Assembly: GCA_015489595.1 (NCBI GenBank)
Contig: WFZK01000002.1
Span: 1 to 51,874, forward strand
Length of the DNA: 51,874 nt
Reading direction: 5' to 3'
Source: Candidatus Dojkabacteria bacterium
GTDB taxonomy: Bacteria > Patescibacteriota > Dojkabacteria > GCA-002793355
Below are positions 1 through 10,700 of the stretch, piece by piece. The position numbers and the translations under genes are program-made. The notes under the pieces were generated by a model, which worked only from the letters and a program-made list of their open reading frames with translations, made no database searches and had not been told where the DNA came from. Every line of letters begins with the position of its first letter. The stretch's first letter is position 1.

Positions 1-318
1 CCAGATGAGATAGCTACTCAAGAGATTCTAAAGCACGATGTAATGCAACTTTTAAAGGAGCTTCCAGATCGCGAAAGAAGAGTGTTAGAGCTTAGATTCG
101 GGCTGGTTGACGGGGTTGTTAGGACTTTAGAAGAGGTTGGGAGAGAATTTGGTGTGACTCGCGAAAGGATAAGGCAGATAGAGGCAAAAGCTTTGGCCAG
201 ACTTAGACAGATAGCACTTAAGAAGAAAAAGAAGGAGAAAAAAGAAGCGGAGCAAAAACAAGAAGAGGCCGTAAAGCAAGCTAGGGAAGAACTAAAAGCT
301 AAGACAATCAAAGTGTAG
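1..318 (+). CDS. rpoD: Primary sigma-70 factor, C-terminal part (region 4), 5' truncated by window edge
   Basis: Frame open from base 1 ([15 protein letters not shown]...); region 4 [42 protein letters not shown]. Confidence 0.85.
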   Translation, partial: PDEIATQEILKHDVMQLLKELPDRERRVLELRFGLVDGVVRTLEEVGREFGVTRERIRQIEAKALARLRQIALKKKKKEKKEAEQKQEEAVKQAREELKAKTIKV

Positions 319-837
319 ATGAAAGCTCTAAAGATAATCACGGTTCCTGATTTTGAGAAGGAGTTAAGGAGAAAAAGTAAGCCGGTAGATCTGAACAAGT
401 TAGATGATCCTGAGCTGCAAGATTTTTTTGACGATTTACTTTTTACCATGCTTAATGCGGAAGATCAGGTGGGAGTAAATGGGGTGGGTATTTCGGCTGT
501 ACAGGTTAACCGCCATATAAGGGTTTTTTGGGCTCTGGATGTTAAAAAAGATAAGCCCAGATTGTATATAAATCCCGAGATTGAGGTCTTAGATAGTACC
601 ATTGTTGTTGGGAAAGAGGGCTGTTTGAGCATTCCAGAAGTTTACGGAATGGTACCAAGAGTTAGAAAGATTAGAGTGAAGTATTTTGATAGGAAAGGAC
701 ATCCGCACACAGTAGTGCTTTCTGGATTTAACGCTAGGATAGTGCAACACGAATATGATCATTTAGAAGGAATACTTTTTACGGACAAGATGGTTAAGGG
801 GCCTGCCCAAGGGTCAAAACAGGTGGATTTCGCATGA
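319..837 (+). CDS. def: Peptide deformylase
   Basis: Motifs GVGISAVQ, EGCLS, QHEYDHLEG. Confidence 0.97.
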   Translation: MKALKIITVPDFEKELRRKSKPVDLNKLDDPELQDFFDDLLFTMLNAEDQVGVNGVGISAVQVNRHIRVFWALDVKKDKPRLYINPEIEVLDSTIVVGKEGCLSIPEVYGMVPRVRKIRVKYFDRKGHPHTVVLSGFNARIVQHEYDHLEGILFTDKMVKGPAQGSKQVDFA

Positions 838-851
838 GCCCCTAGCGTTGG

Positions 852-1277
852 CTATTCTCCGATTACCGTTACAATAATTTCTCGTCTCCTTGGTCTGTTG
901 TCAAAATCGACAAGAACGATCTGCTGCCATGTGCCCAGTTTTAGCTGGCCGTCTACAAACGGAACGGTTAGGCTAGGCTTGATGAAGCTGGCACGTATGT
1001 GTGCATGGCCGTTTCCTGTGTCAGAACCTCGATTGTGTGCATATTCAAGAGTAGAGGGGAATAGTCTTTCTAGAGCCTGATTTAAGTCTTCTATAAGTCC
1101 TGGCTCGTATTCAATAGTAGTAACTCCAGCAGTGGAGCCCGTTACAAAGATGTTTACGATACCTTGGGTTTTTTGGCTTTTCTTGAGGATTTCCAATACT
1201 GGATCTGTGATATCTATGATGTCGTTGAAACCTTGGGTCTGGATAGCGATGCTTTCCGCGTAGGTAATAGGATTCAT
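852..1277 (-). CDS. yjbQ: YjbQ/UPF0047 family protein
   Basis: GSTAGVTTIEYE, NGHAH, LGTWQQI...DFD.RPR motifs. Confidence 0.92.
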   Translation of the reverse strand: MNPITYAESIAIQTQGFNDIIDITDPVLEILKKSQKTQGIVNIFVTGSTAGVTTIEYEPGLIEDLNQALERLFPSTLEYAHNRGSDTGNGHAHIRASFIKPSLTVPFVDGQLKLGTWQQIVLVDFDNRPRRREIIVTVIGE

Positions 1278-1537
1278 CGAGTATTAGATGGGGTTGGAGT
1301 TATCTCTTCTTTTTCGAATTCTTCTACTTTTATTTGTAAATACTTTTCCCTGTGGGATGTTTCGTCTAAAACTTGATGGTCAAATCCGCTGGGGAGGGGA
1401 CGTAAATACGGTTTTACATCTTCGAGAGGATTTTTCTTACTGCCGATAGCAAGAAGTATTTTTACGATTACAGTAAATACCCCAAGTGCAATTGCTAGGC
1501 TTAACAAAAGTCGTAAATTTGGACTTTTCCTATTCAT
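1274..1537 (-). CDS. Small single-TM protein in pilNO operon
   Basis: N-terminal hydrophobic helix; overlaps neighbours on both sides, suggesting translational coupling. Confidence 0.65.
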   Translation of the reverse strand: MNRKSPNLRLLLSLAIALGVFTVIVKILLAIGSKKNPLEDVKPYLRPLPSGFDHQVLDETSHREKYLQIKVEEFEKEEITPTPSNTR

Positions 1538-2102
1538 TTAGGTTGTATTTGAATTTATACACTACGAAAACAATTGAATAGTCTAGGGTCAAAGAGTTTT
1601 TGGGAGTATAGCTTAAAGTGATGATTTTAGGGTGAAACGGTGTGTTTTCCCAATGTCGCATGAATTGGGAAAGAGTAGTGCTAGGCCCTTTGATATTGCA
1701 GCTAAAAGTAGTGGGGAGCAAATAATCATAGTTTTTAGCCATTTCAGCTGCGATTTTTTTGTTTATCTTTTCTGAAAATTTGACACTAGATAGCCTGAAA
1801 TTATAACTGTTTAAAACTCTATGTAGGTTATCGACCAGGAAGGAATAATCGCTGTTATATGGGAAATAGTAGGAGAATTTTTTAAGCGTAGGTCTAAGGT
1901 TTTCATACTGTTGCGAGAGTTCAGTTAGTCGTTCGTTTTTCTCTTGAAGCTCTTTAAGAGTAGTTTTATAGGTTTTGATAGTTTGTTTGGTTTTCAGTAT
2001 AGTATCAATCGTTGGTTTTATAGCGCCCCAGAATACGATATTTAACATAAGGAGTGTAAGTATGGCTGTAGAAAATGCTTTTTGTTGGCTAGTAGCGGCC
2101 AT
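1530..2102 (-). CDS. PilO-like type IV pilus alignment protein
   Basis: N-terminal TM, coiled coil, ferredoxin-like C-terminal region; follows PilN-like gene; ATG at 2102 preferred over track start 2117. Confidence 0.65.
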   Translation of the reverse strand: MAATSQQKAFSTAILTLLMLNIVFWGAIKPTIDTILKTKQTIKTYKTTLKELQEKNERLTELSQQYENLRPTLKKFSYYFPYNSDYSFLVDNLHRVLNSYNFRLSSVKFSEKINKKIAAEMAKNYDYLLPTTFSCNIKGPSTTLSQFMRHWENTPFHPKIITLSYTPKNSLTLDYSIVFVVYKFKYNLNE

Positions 2103-2640
2103 TCCGTTTAAATTCAAAATTTATAGCAAACAGTATAGATCCCCCTTGTCGCTGATTTGTTGAGGTTACAATGGTGTCTTTGCCAATTGCAGAAGAGTTG
2201 TTAAGATTATCAAGGAAAGTTTTAAGGGCATCATAGCTTCCTGCTTCGCCGTTAAGGCTTACGGATTTGTATGTGATATGGACACTTTTAAGTTTGATGC
2301 CTTCGGGGATAAGTTTTAGGAGATATTCGTATGATTTAGCCATGGATTGCTTGTCTTCGTAGAGATTTTGTAGCTCCTCTAGTGTTTTAGCTAGGATAGT
2401 AACCCTTTTTTCTTCGTTGCGTCGGTTTTTAAGAAGAGCCACCTGAGCCTTGATCTGATCTTGCATTTTATCTAGCTTATGATCATAAATAAGGTGCACG
2501 ACAAAGGTTATAAGAAGAGCAAGTTGAGCTAAAATTAAGAGGTACTTGGCAACATCGGTTATCCACAGATAGATTTTATCCCACCGATCCAATGGGATAA
2601 GGTTATCGTATAGCAGATTTACACTGGATTTTTTAGCCAT
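2089..2640 (-). CDS. PilN-like type IV pilus alignment protein
   Basis: N-terminal VNLL motif, TM, coiled coil, IPEGIKLKSV...SLNGEAGSYDAL..F..NL PilN pattern. Confidence 0.8.
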   Translation of the reverse strand: MAKKSSVNLLYDNLIPLDRWDKIYLWITDVAKYLLILAQLALLITFVVHLIYDHKLDKMQDQIKAQVALLKNRRNEEKRVTILAKTLEELQNLYEDKQSMAKSYEYLLKLIPEGIKLKSVHITYKSVSLNGEAGSYDALKTFLDNLNNSSAIGKDTIVTSTNQRQGGSILFAINFEFKRNGRY

Positions 2641-2662
2641 TAAAATAGTATAGCACAGTTAA

Positions 2663-2716
2663 AAGGGGGGCTGGGGAGAAAATCCAAGGAGGTCGATTTT
2701 CTCCCCAGCCCCCCTT
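2663..2716. repeat. Dispersed palindrome family copy 1
   Basis: Perfect 22-bp arms AAGGGGGGCTGGGGAGAAAATC / complement, 10-nt loop. Confidence 0.95.
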
Positions 2717-2861
2717 AATTACCATTTGTCTGCTGTTCTAGATTACCCTGCTGGCAGGCAACTTCCCAGTACCATGGAAAAGTAGGCTACTTTAGGGCGC
2801 GTAGAAAGATCTAGTATCTGTGCGCTTCTCCTAGCATCCATATGTCTTGCCTGTTTTTTTC

Positions 2862-3242
2862 TTAGAGAGGCGTAAGTACCATCTTAGCGAATATGACCAT
2901 CAGCCCTATGATCCAAACAGACCACCACATCATCGGGATTAGCTCGAATTTAAAGGCAGGTTTAAACTTAATAGCCAAGTGGATGAGATTTAGTAAAGTA
3001 AGGATCGTAGCTGACAGGCCTGCTGCTATTTCTGAGATGATGAGGCTCATGATACCTATCCTCCTGTAGAATTTCAGATGAGTTTCAGGATCGTATGGAA
3101 TAAAATGTGGGTTATTAATCAGCCCGATAAAGGTCTGAAAAAAGATAATAGTGAGGATTAAAATAAAACCAATGAAGCTTGCGGTCTGAGAGGATAGATG
3201 TATTCTAAGTTTGAGCCTAAGTCGGGAGAGGTACTTTTGCAT
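2862..3242 (-). CDS. Hypothetical membrane protein (about 3 TM)
   Basis: Three hydrophobic segments; start moved to ATG 3242 because the track ORF extends into tRNA-His. Confidence 0.65.
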   Translation of the reverse strand: MQKYLSRLRLKLRIHLSSQTASFIGFILILTIIFFQTFIGLINNPHFIPYDPETHLKFYRRIGIMSLIISEIAAGLSATILTLLNLIHLAIKFKPAFKFELIPMMWWSVWIIGLMVIFAKMVLTPL

Positions 3243-3253
3243 GATAGTAGCTG

Positions 3254-3326
3254 GGTGACCAGCGGGATTCGAACCCGCGACCACCTGTTCCACAGACAGG
3301 CGCTCTACCACTGAGCTATGGTCACC
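3254..3326 (-). tRNA. tRNA-His(GTG)
   Basis: Cloverleaf GGTGACCATAGCTCAGTGGTAGAGCGCCTGTCTGTGGAACAGG...GGTTCGAATCCCGCTGGTCACC; encoded G-1 opposite C73; full CCA not encoded. Confidence 0.97.
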
Positions 3327-3386
3327 AGTGTTTGTAATTATAACACGGCTTTGCTACACTAGAATAATTAATATGGAAGGTTCTAT

Positions 3387-4520
3387 GTGGGAAGTTTGAA
3401 GATTTTTCTGCGTACCATCAATGGTAGACTTGTAGTCTTTCTTTTGTTCTTTAGTGTAGCTTTAATGAGCTTAGCAATTGCCTTCCCTGGACCTTTTAAC
3501 AAGGCTACTGGCGGTGTATGTGCAGGCATCATACCGGGAGGGAAGATCAGTACCGAAGATGTCATCTTAGGGTTTTTTAATTTAGAGGAGGCCGAGATTG
3601 AATACATCCCGCCGGTTGCGGCCGAACGTCTTCAGTCAAGAGTCGTGGTCGAAGGTGACGCTTTAGAAATTTCCATAAAACTGAAAGACGTAAATTTCTA
3701 CGGCTATCAGGGAGATATCGGATTCAGAGAAATAATTTATTCGGGGAAGGATTACATTAAGCCGGAAGGCTCTGACCCCAAGCGGATGAGGGAAGTTCTA
3801 ACAAGACTTTTCTTCAAGAGGGTGAACCCTAAAATGATGGCGTTTTTGAAGACAAATCTGCCATATTCTTATATCTTTGAGGTTCTTGAGGGTAAAAGAT
3901 GGCTTAGGATGAATGTGCCTAAAGATCAGGCACAGTATGTTAAATTTACTGATCAGGATACGAGGCGGCTGGCTAGAATTCTTTCTCAAGCCGTCGAAAT
4001 AAAACGCGAGACTCGAATGAAATGTTGCGTGAACCTAGAGCTGAGTCTTAGCAAAAGTGGTCTTCTTAAAGCCTTGCAGGATTTTAAGGATGATCCGTTA
4101 TCTGAGAAGTTTGCAAAAAAGTTTAAACGTACTCCGACCGAGTTTAAGAGCTCCCTTGGAGCTGCGATAGAGATGGTTAAACGTGAGCCTAAAGAGAGCA
4201 TAGAAGCCTTCAGAGTTGTTGCTAAGATAAGAAGGGTCTGGGGTAAGGTCGTACCTGTGAGTCTTAGGGGTTATATGGTGATAAACCAACAGATCGCCAC
4301 CTCGATGCGGAAGGAGCTAGCTTCTACGCAGATAGAAGAGTTAGAGAAACAGCTAGGAAAGGAGTTGGCTTCTGAGATTATCATCTACTTTAATGACGCG
4401 GTATCCCAGGGTAAGCTGGATTTCGGAGAGCTGCGGATAAAAGTTTCTCGCGATCTCCCCTCTATTACTCCTCCGACTCCGTATGTAGACTTGGAGGAAA
4501 TAATAGGCAGTCTCCCTTAA
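3387..4520 (+). CDS. Exported/membrane-anchored hypothetical protein, paralog A
   Basis: N-terminal hydrophobic helix; colinear similarity to 4667..5833. Confidence 0.8.
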   Translation: MGSLKIFLRTINGRLVVFLLFFSVALMSLAIAFPGPFNKATGGVCAGIIPGGKISTEDVILGFFNLEEAEIEYIPPVAAERLQSRVVVEGDALEISIKLKDVNFYGYQGDIGFREIIYSGKDYIKPEGSDPKRMREVLTRLFFKRVNPKMMAFLKTNLPYSYIFEVLEGKRWLRMNVPKDQAQYVKFTDQDTRRLARILSQAVEIKRETRMKCCVNLELSLSKSGLLKALQDFKDDPLSEKFAKKFKRTPTEFKSSLGAAIEMVKREPKESIEAFRVVAKIRRVWGKVVPVSLRGYMVINQQIATSMRKELASTQIEELEKQLGKELASEIIIYFNDAVSQGKLDFGELRIKVSRDLPSITPPTPYVDLEEIIGSLP

Positions 4521-4666
4521 TTTAGGTGAGGTTGGTTCTTGCGCGGTCAGGTCACGGTGCGAGTGGGGGCAGATACAATTTTTGCTTCACGCCCGCACTG
4601 TATTTGTAAATAGCTTGTGGCTTTGCTATACTAGATTATCTAAGAACTAAATTAAGAGTCAGTTTT

Positions 4667-5833
4667 ATGGAAAAAGTAAAAGCTTTTCTGAATACCACGC
4701 TGGGTAAGCTCGTTGTGATAGCTGTAGTTTTTGTTGCAGCTTTGGGTGGTCTAGCTTTTGCCTTCCCAGAGCAGTTTGACCAGGCTACAGGAGGTGTCCT
4801 CTCGAATGTGTTACCAGGCGGACAGGCCAAGATAGAGAGGGTCCTAGAAGATATTGCAGAAGTTAAAAGAGTAGAGATTGAGTATGTACCTCCGGTTGCT
4901 TCTAAGTATGTCGAGTTTAAAGTCGTTAGTAATAATTCCGAGGTTGGGTACTCCAAGTTCACTCTAAAGCTTAAAAATTTGAATATAATGGGATATAGCG
5001 GCGACATAGGTATAGAAGAGATTACAGGGCGCAAAGAAGTTTTCTTAAAGCTTAATCTGTCTAATCCACAGGTGGTTGAGCAGTTGCTTTTGCAGCAGTT
5101 GGGGGGAAGAAAAGTTGATCCCCGTGCACTTGCGTATATAAAGAACACCCCACCCTATTCATACATTTTTGAGGTTTTGGAGGGTAAAAAGTGGATAAAA
5201 ATGGACGTGGAGTCATTGGCAGGCATGGTCTCGACTGGCTCCTCAAAGTTTCCCAACAAGCCTATAAAGCTAAGCGAGGAAGAAAGCAAAAGACTTATGA
5301 AGATGTTTGCTAAGGTGTTGGTGGTCAAGCAGGTCTCGCATGAGGATTGCTGCACTAAGTATAAGTTAGGGCTAGATAGACAGAAGCTAATAGAAGCTTT
5401 AAAAGAGCTCAGAGAAGATCCTATAGCCAGCAAATTTGAGCAGAGTTATGGGAATTTTAAAAAGGCATTAAATCAGATGATTTCAGAACTGTCCAAGGCT
5501 TCTGACAGCGAGTTTGAAAACACCACTATGGTGCTAGGTGTAAGAAAGCAGGGAGGTCATTTCGTGCCAGTGATGATGCGATTTTATGTAGCTTTAAATC
5601 AAAAGGCTGTTGATAATCTACGTAAGTCTTTAGCCCCAGAAAAGGTTGCTGAGTTAGAAAAGCAGGTGGGTAAAGAACTGGCCTCAGAACTTAAGAACTA
5701 CCTTAATAGAGCAGTCTCGGAGCGCCGAATGGATTTAGGGGAGATTAGATTCAGCAAGGTGAATAACGTGCCTCAGGTTACACCGCCCAGCAACTTTGTG
5801 GATGCTAAGGATTTGATGCGAGGGTTAAAATAG
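4667..5833 (+). CDS. Exported/membrane-anchored hypothetical protein, paralog B
   Basis: Shares ATGGV, IEY.PPVA, GY.GDIG, PYSYIFEVLEGK.W, CC and ELEKQ.GKELASE blocks with paralog A. Confidence 0.85.
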   Translation: MEKVKAFLNTTLGKLVVIAVVFVAALGGLAFAFPEQFDQATGGVLSNVLPGGQAKIERVLEDIAEVKRVEIEYVPPVASKYVEFKVVSNNSEVGYSKFTLKLKNLNIMGYSGDIGIEEITGRKEVFLKLNLSNPQVVEQLLLQQLGGRKVDPRALAYIKNTPPYSYIFEVLEGKKWIKMDVESLAGMVSTGSSKFPNKPIKLSEEESKRLMKMFAKVLVVKQVSHEDCCTKYKLGLDRQKLIEALKELREDPIASKFEQSYGNFKKALNQMISELSKASDSEFENTTMVLGVRKQGGHFVPVMMRFYVALNQKAVDNLRKSLAPEKVAELEKQVGKELASELKNYLNRAVSERRMDLGEIRFSKVNNVPQVTPPSNFVDAKDLMRGLK

Positions 5834-5855
5834 AGACGTGTTCGATAAATAAAAA

Positions 5856-6554
5856 TTGAGCAGGGGGCTGATGTCGTTTAAGAAAAGGTTCGCAATGTCC
5901 ACGGTCAAGAAGAGTAGAGTCGCCACTAAAAGGCGCCTCTATATTTTGGGGGATCAAGCGGAGAAGGAACTTATAAATAAAGGGGTTCTAAACAAGGTGG
6001 TTTTTAAATGGAAGGCTCCCGATAGGATAGCCATTGATAAGGATAACTTTAAGTTTGCGAGCCTTGGAGGTGTTCTTTTTTTGGTGGGGCTGTACTTTCT
6101 TTGGATAGGGAAACCCCTATTTGCGGTAGCAGTGGCGGCTGTGTTTTTTCTTTATTATGTTTTGTATACAACTCCAGCAAGGGAGGTCGAGCATTCGATA
6201 GAGCTTTTGGGAATTAGGAGTTTTGGGGTGCTTTATCCCTGGGATAATCTTATTAATTTTTGGTTTGCTGAAAAGGACGGCAACCTGGTGTTGTATGTTT
6301 CGACTACTTTGGCTTTTCCTACAAGATTGATGATGGTAGTTCCTTCGAGAGAGGAGGCTCAAAAGATTCTCCTCTCTTTGGTGAAATATCTCCCCTACCG
6401 TAGATTGATCAAGAAGCAGTCCTGGTGGGATAAGACTGTTTACGGAAGATATCTGCCTCCTGAAGAGATAGTAGATGAGGATACAGTTGCGGAATTGGTA
6501 GACGAGTATAACAAAATAAAAGCCAAGGTTAGAAAAAGAAGAAAGAGTCCGTAA
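5856..6554 (+). CDS. Hypothetical membrane protein (2 TM plus PH-like soluble region)
   Basis: TM hairpin followed by GI...G.LYPW..L..FW pattern typical of bacterial PH-like domains; exact start uncertain. Confidence 0.65.
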   Translation: MSRGLMSFKKRFAMSTVKKSRVATKRRLYILGDQAEKELINKGVLNKVVFKWKAPDRIAIDKDNFKFASLGGVLFLVGLYFLWIGKPLFAVAVAAVFFLYYVLYTTPAREVEHSIELLGIRSFGVLYPWDNLINFWFAEKDGNLVLYVSTTLAFPTRLMMVVPSREEAQKILLSLVKYLPYRRLIKKQSWWDKTVYGRYLPPEEIVDEDTVAELVDEYNKIKAKVRKRRKSP

Positions 6555-6569
6555 GTGCTATAATAATAC

Positions 6570-7232
6570 ATGAACTTCACCTATCAAGGCATTCAGTTTG
6601 CACTTTACGAGCACGATACCGCCTACGTAGGGTATCAGGGGAGGCACTTTTATTTTGATCCTTTTAAAGTACCTGAGGGATTGCCCCCTGCTGATGTTAT
6701 CTTTATCACCCATGATCATTTTGACCACTTTTCACCTGAAGATATAGATAAGCTAGCCACAGAAGCTACATCTCTTGTCGTGCCTGAGAGTATAGAAACC
6801 GTTGTAAAACAGAAGGTTAATCTTCGCCTCTATTCAGTAGAGATCGGCGAGACGTATACCCTTTTTGATCTAGAGATAACCCCTATTCCGGCCTACAACG
6901 TGAACAAATTTAAGGCTCCGGGAGAGGTTTTTCATCCTAAAGCTGCGGGATACGTGGGATACTTTGTGAAGTTTGGTGAAGTAGGAGTTTACTTTGCAGG
7001 GGACACCGATGCTATCCCAGAGATGCAGCAGCTTAAGGGGAAAGTTGATGTGGCATTCTTACCAATATCTGGGACTTATGTAATGACTATGGAGGAGGCA
7101 CTAGAGGCTGCAGAGATGATTGGGCCGAAGATTATTGTTCCTATGCATTATGGAGCAATCGTAGGAGAGCCAGATATGGGCCGCAAGTTTGCTCAGATGG
7201 TTGGTGATAAGTATATTGTTTATCCTAAATAA
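6570..7232 (+). CDS. MBL-fold metallo-hydrolase (UPF0173/UlaG-like)
   Basis: THDHFDH, YFAGDT, PMHYG motifs. Confidence 0.92.
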   Translation: MNFTYQGIQFALYEHDTAYVGYQGRHFYFDPFKVPEGLPPADVIFITHDHFDHFSPEDIDKLATEATSLVVPESIETVVKQKVNLRLYSVEIGETYTLFDLEITPIPAYNVNKFKAPGEVFHPKAAGYVGYFVKFGEVGVYFAGDTDAIPEMQQLKGKVDVAFLPISGTYVMTMEEALEAAEMIGPKIIVPMHYGAIVGEPDMGRKFAQMVGDKYIVYPK

Positions 7233-7744
7233 TGCAGAAGTTTATCCGCCAGGCTTATCAGAAGCACAAGCGCGATCTGTATACATATGTTTTTTACCGT
7301 GTGAAAAATCAAGAATTAGCAAGAGATATCGTGGCAGAGGTTTTTCTAAGGCTTACCAAAAACATCCACAAGCCAGGCGTAAAAAAATATCTAAGGGCTT
7401 GGCTTTTTAGAGTGGCTAGAAATTTAGTTGTTGACTATTATCGAGATGCTTATTACTCCAAGAGCCGCTCTTTGAAACAGGGTTTAGTAGAAGACGATGC
7501 CTACGCCAAGATAGAGAGCAAGATAGATAGTGATAAACAGCTTAAAATGTTATCTAAGTGCTTTAAGTTGCTAAGCCCAGCCTATCGGGAGATTATTGAG
7601 TTCAGAGTTTTTATGGGGTTACCCTACAGGGAGATCTCCGTTGTACTTAATATAAGTGAAAGCTCAGCCAAAATGAGGTACAAGCGAGCAATCGATAAAC
7701 TAAAACAGTTGTGCAGTGATGAAAAGATTAAGTCAGCTGCTTGA
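7232..7744 (+). CDS. ECF RNA polymerase sigma factor
   Basis: Region 2 (ARDIVAEVF...AWLFRVARN...DYYR) and region 4 (LPYREISVVLNISESSAKMRYKRA). Confidence 0.93.
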   Translation: MQKFIRQAYQKHKRDLYTYVFYRVKNQELARDIVAEVFLRLTKNIHKPGVKKYLRAWLFRVARNLVVDYYRDAYYSKSRSLKQGLVEDDAYAKIESKIDSDKQLKMLSKCFKLLSPAYREIIEFRVFMGLPYREISVVLNISESSAKMRYKRAIDKLKQLCSDEKIKSAA

Positions 7745-10700
7745 GAGATTTTTTAAAGAGTTTAAAGATGAGGTTCAGCAAAGCTTAGACGGAGAGGCCT
7801 TAGATGCGGTAGTGGAGCGCAAACTGGGTTTTAAGCTCTACCCTAAACCTAACTATTTTAAGTATGTGGGTTTTTTGTTCGGGATGCTGATAGGGTTTGT
7901 TTTTTTAGTTTGGTACATCCCTCAACTAAGATCCTATGTGTTGGTTTCTACAGGCGTATATAGATATGCTACTGTACACGAGCTTAAGACAGCAGCTAAA
8001 GTAAATCCGAAAGATTCTGTAGGTACGGTTACAATAGATCTAGGGAAGACTCCGGTTTCTGATAGTATTAGGAGTTTCGTAGAAGTAGTAGCCTATGAGA
8101 AGAATAAGAGAATCCCTGTAAAATTTGATGTTTCGAGTAATGGTCCACGTGTAAAGCTTACGATTCGTGACCCTGCTTATGACTTTGTTGTTGTTCGTAT
8201 TAAGAGGGGACTGATGTTTACTGATAATACAGTGTTAAAAAATGATCTGTCTCGTTTGATCTTTTTAAGGCATCGGCCGTGGTTTAATCTGGTAGACTCC
8301 GGATTTGTGCCGGCCTCTTTTCGCGTGATTGAATTCTGGTATGATCATGATTTTTCACGGAGTCAAGATAAGGCACGTTCCCTTAACGCTAGAGGCGATT
8401 TTAAGCTTAAGACTGGGCAGAAACATTTTGCAGAATACGATGCAAGCAGACTTTTCTCGGTCGCAAGGCCAGCTTCGCTTAATATAGATGGGATTGCTTT
8501 TAAGGTCTATCCGGTTCCGGCAGGAAAGTATGTAAAACCCAGGTTTACCTATGTCTCAGATGGGGAGTTTCGTTTTGGTATGCGGGGAGGTGACTTTGGG
8601 CCTTTTCAATTTAAGCTGTACAAGGCAGATTTAAATCAGCTTGAACCTTATTGGTCTTCTTTTGCGCAAAAAGATATTAAGCTTAACACAGGGCCTCCTT
8701 TTAAGGCCTATAGCAGTGCGCAGCAAGAGGTAAAAGTTCCGTACGGGTTGTATATTTTAGAGATTAGCTCAGAGAGCTTTAGCGAGAAAGTCCCAGTGGT
8801 TTCTACGCCCCTTAAGGTATGGAGCTTTTATGATTCTAGCTCTCGAGTTTTGTATTTTGCAGGTTTAGAAAAGAAAGAGCCGCTTACTCAGTATTCAGCT
8901 AGGGTTTATGTAAGATACCTTGATGGCTCTACTGAGGCTAGAGATCTCAGGGTCTCCAACACATTAGGTTCTTTAGAATTCTCGAAACCTTTGGCAGATT
9001 ACGCAGTGCTGGTTTTCTATAAAAATCGCTATGGTTTTACTTCCAATGTGGCTGAAGACAACTATCAAAAAGCTCTGTCTTCTCTAAAACCGGTATCTGA
9101 TTCTGTTATTTGGTTGGCAGGTGGTCGTGTAGCTCAACTCCTCAGGCGTGACGGTAGTTTTGAGCTTTACGGAAAGCAGGTAACAAGCGTAGGTTACTGT
9201 GTGTTGCCTCCTGGTAGGGTAAGAGGGCTAAAAAAACCATATCTTGAACTCTTTAGACAGAAGCTACGTGTAGACAATTTGTTCGGAGTTGTCTTCGTTC
9301 CGGCAGATAAGCTTTCAGAAGCCTACCAGTCGTGCGATGGAGCTGTTTATGTAGGTGTGTATGATGGGGACAAGCTGGTTGGCATACATAAATATTCAGA
9401 ACCTGCAGAAAGGCGTGATCTGCCGGCGCTGTTTATTGATCCTAGCTTAAAAGTAGTTAAAAAAGATCAAAAGGTTAGGGTGGCAATTGTTAGGGTACCT
9501 TATGCAGAAAACAAGCTAGATTCGCTTGTGCTGTCGTTTTACAGGTTAGATATCAGGCGAGGGCAGATCTTTAAGGGTGAGTTTATTTCTAAGAAGACTT
9601 TTAAGCTAGGAGAAGATCAGCAGAGCTTTGTTTTTGAACCTGCCAATATGATTGGAATTCCAGCCTATGTTGAGGTAACAGGTCTAAGAGATGGGCAGGT
9701 TGTGGACACAGAGGTTGTATACTATCTCCCCGAACCAGTGTTGTCAGTGGATCTGTCTAAAGGTGGATTTATAAAGAGTGTAGTTGACCCCGTGAGCGTA
9801 AGATTTAGTTCTTACAGTGGCGAGCTTATAGGAGCAATAGAGATTATAAACCACAAAGGTGAGATAGTAAAGCCCTTAGAGGGGGTTCATAAAGATTATA
9901 AGCTAGATTTTGTTTCTCTTCCTGAAGGAGAATATTATGCTAGGGTATACAAGAATAAACGGCTGTTGCAGGTTCTTTACTTAGGGAAAGTCATAGGCAG
10001 CGCTCAGAAATCCCAGATCCATGTTTCTGAAGATAAAAATCGTGTGGATTTTGGGATTCCTCAGACCGGCACTACAGAGTTTCTTGCGCTAATAAGAGAC
10101 GGGGTTTTGGCTAGTTGGACCAGGCTTGATCTGACCAATCCTTACATTGGCAAATTAGATTTTAAGAGGGATTACACGATTTGTCTGGGGAACTCCTGTG
10201 TAAAGAATGTCAGAACCGTTCGGGATTTTGCGTGTGAATATAGAACGAAGGCAAATGATTTGGTGATTGAAAATCTACCGGTAAATGCTGGTATGGCAAT
10301 CGTTAAAATAGGCGATCTTGTGCATTCTTATAAGATAAAGCAGGGAGTTTTAGAGATTAGCGGTCGAGGGGTTCAGTTGCCTCCTGGCCTGTATAATGCA
10401 GAAGTTTACCTTCTAGGTAAAGGGATAGGGGTATACAGATGTAGAGTAAAGATCCCTGTAAAAGCAGGAGTATACTTTAAGGTAGAGGGCCAGAAGGTTT
10501 TGATCTTTAACAACACGGCTAGCTCATTTGGAGATACACTTGTTTTTAGACAGAAGAATCATTTTGTGCCTTTGAAGATCGCGCCATTTAGTACTGCGAT
10601 GGTTAAATTGCCTTTTACTCCAGAGAAGCTTGAGTTTAAGAAGACTAAAGATGCAAAGCTACTGCCTGAATATAAGTTAGCCCAAGTCCTGCGCAAGGAT

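Noticed and set aside
3243-3311. 5' extension of ORF 2862..3311
   Set aside because: It is a translation of the tRNA-His gene; ATG 3242 is the plausible start.
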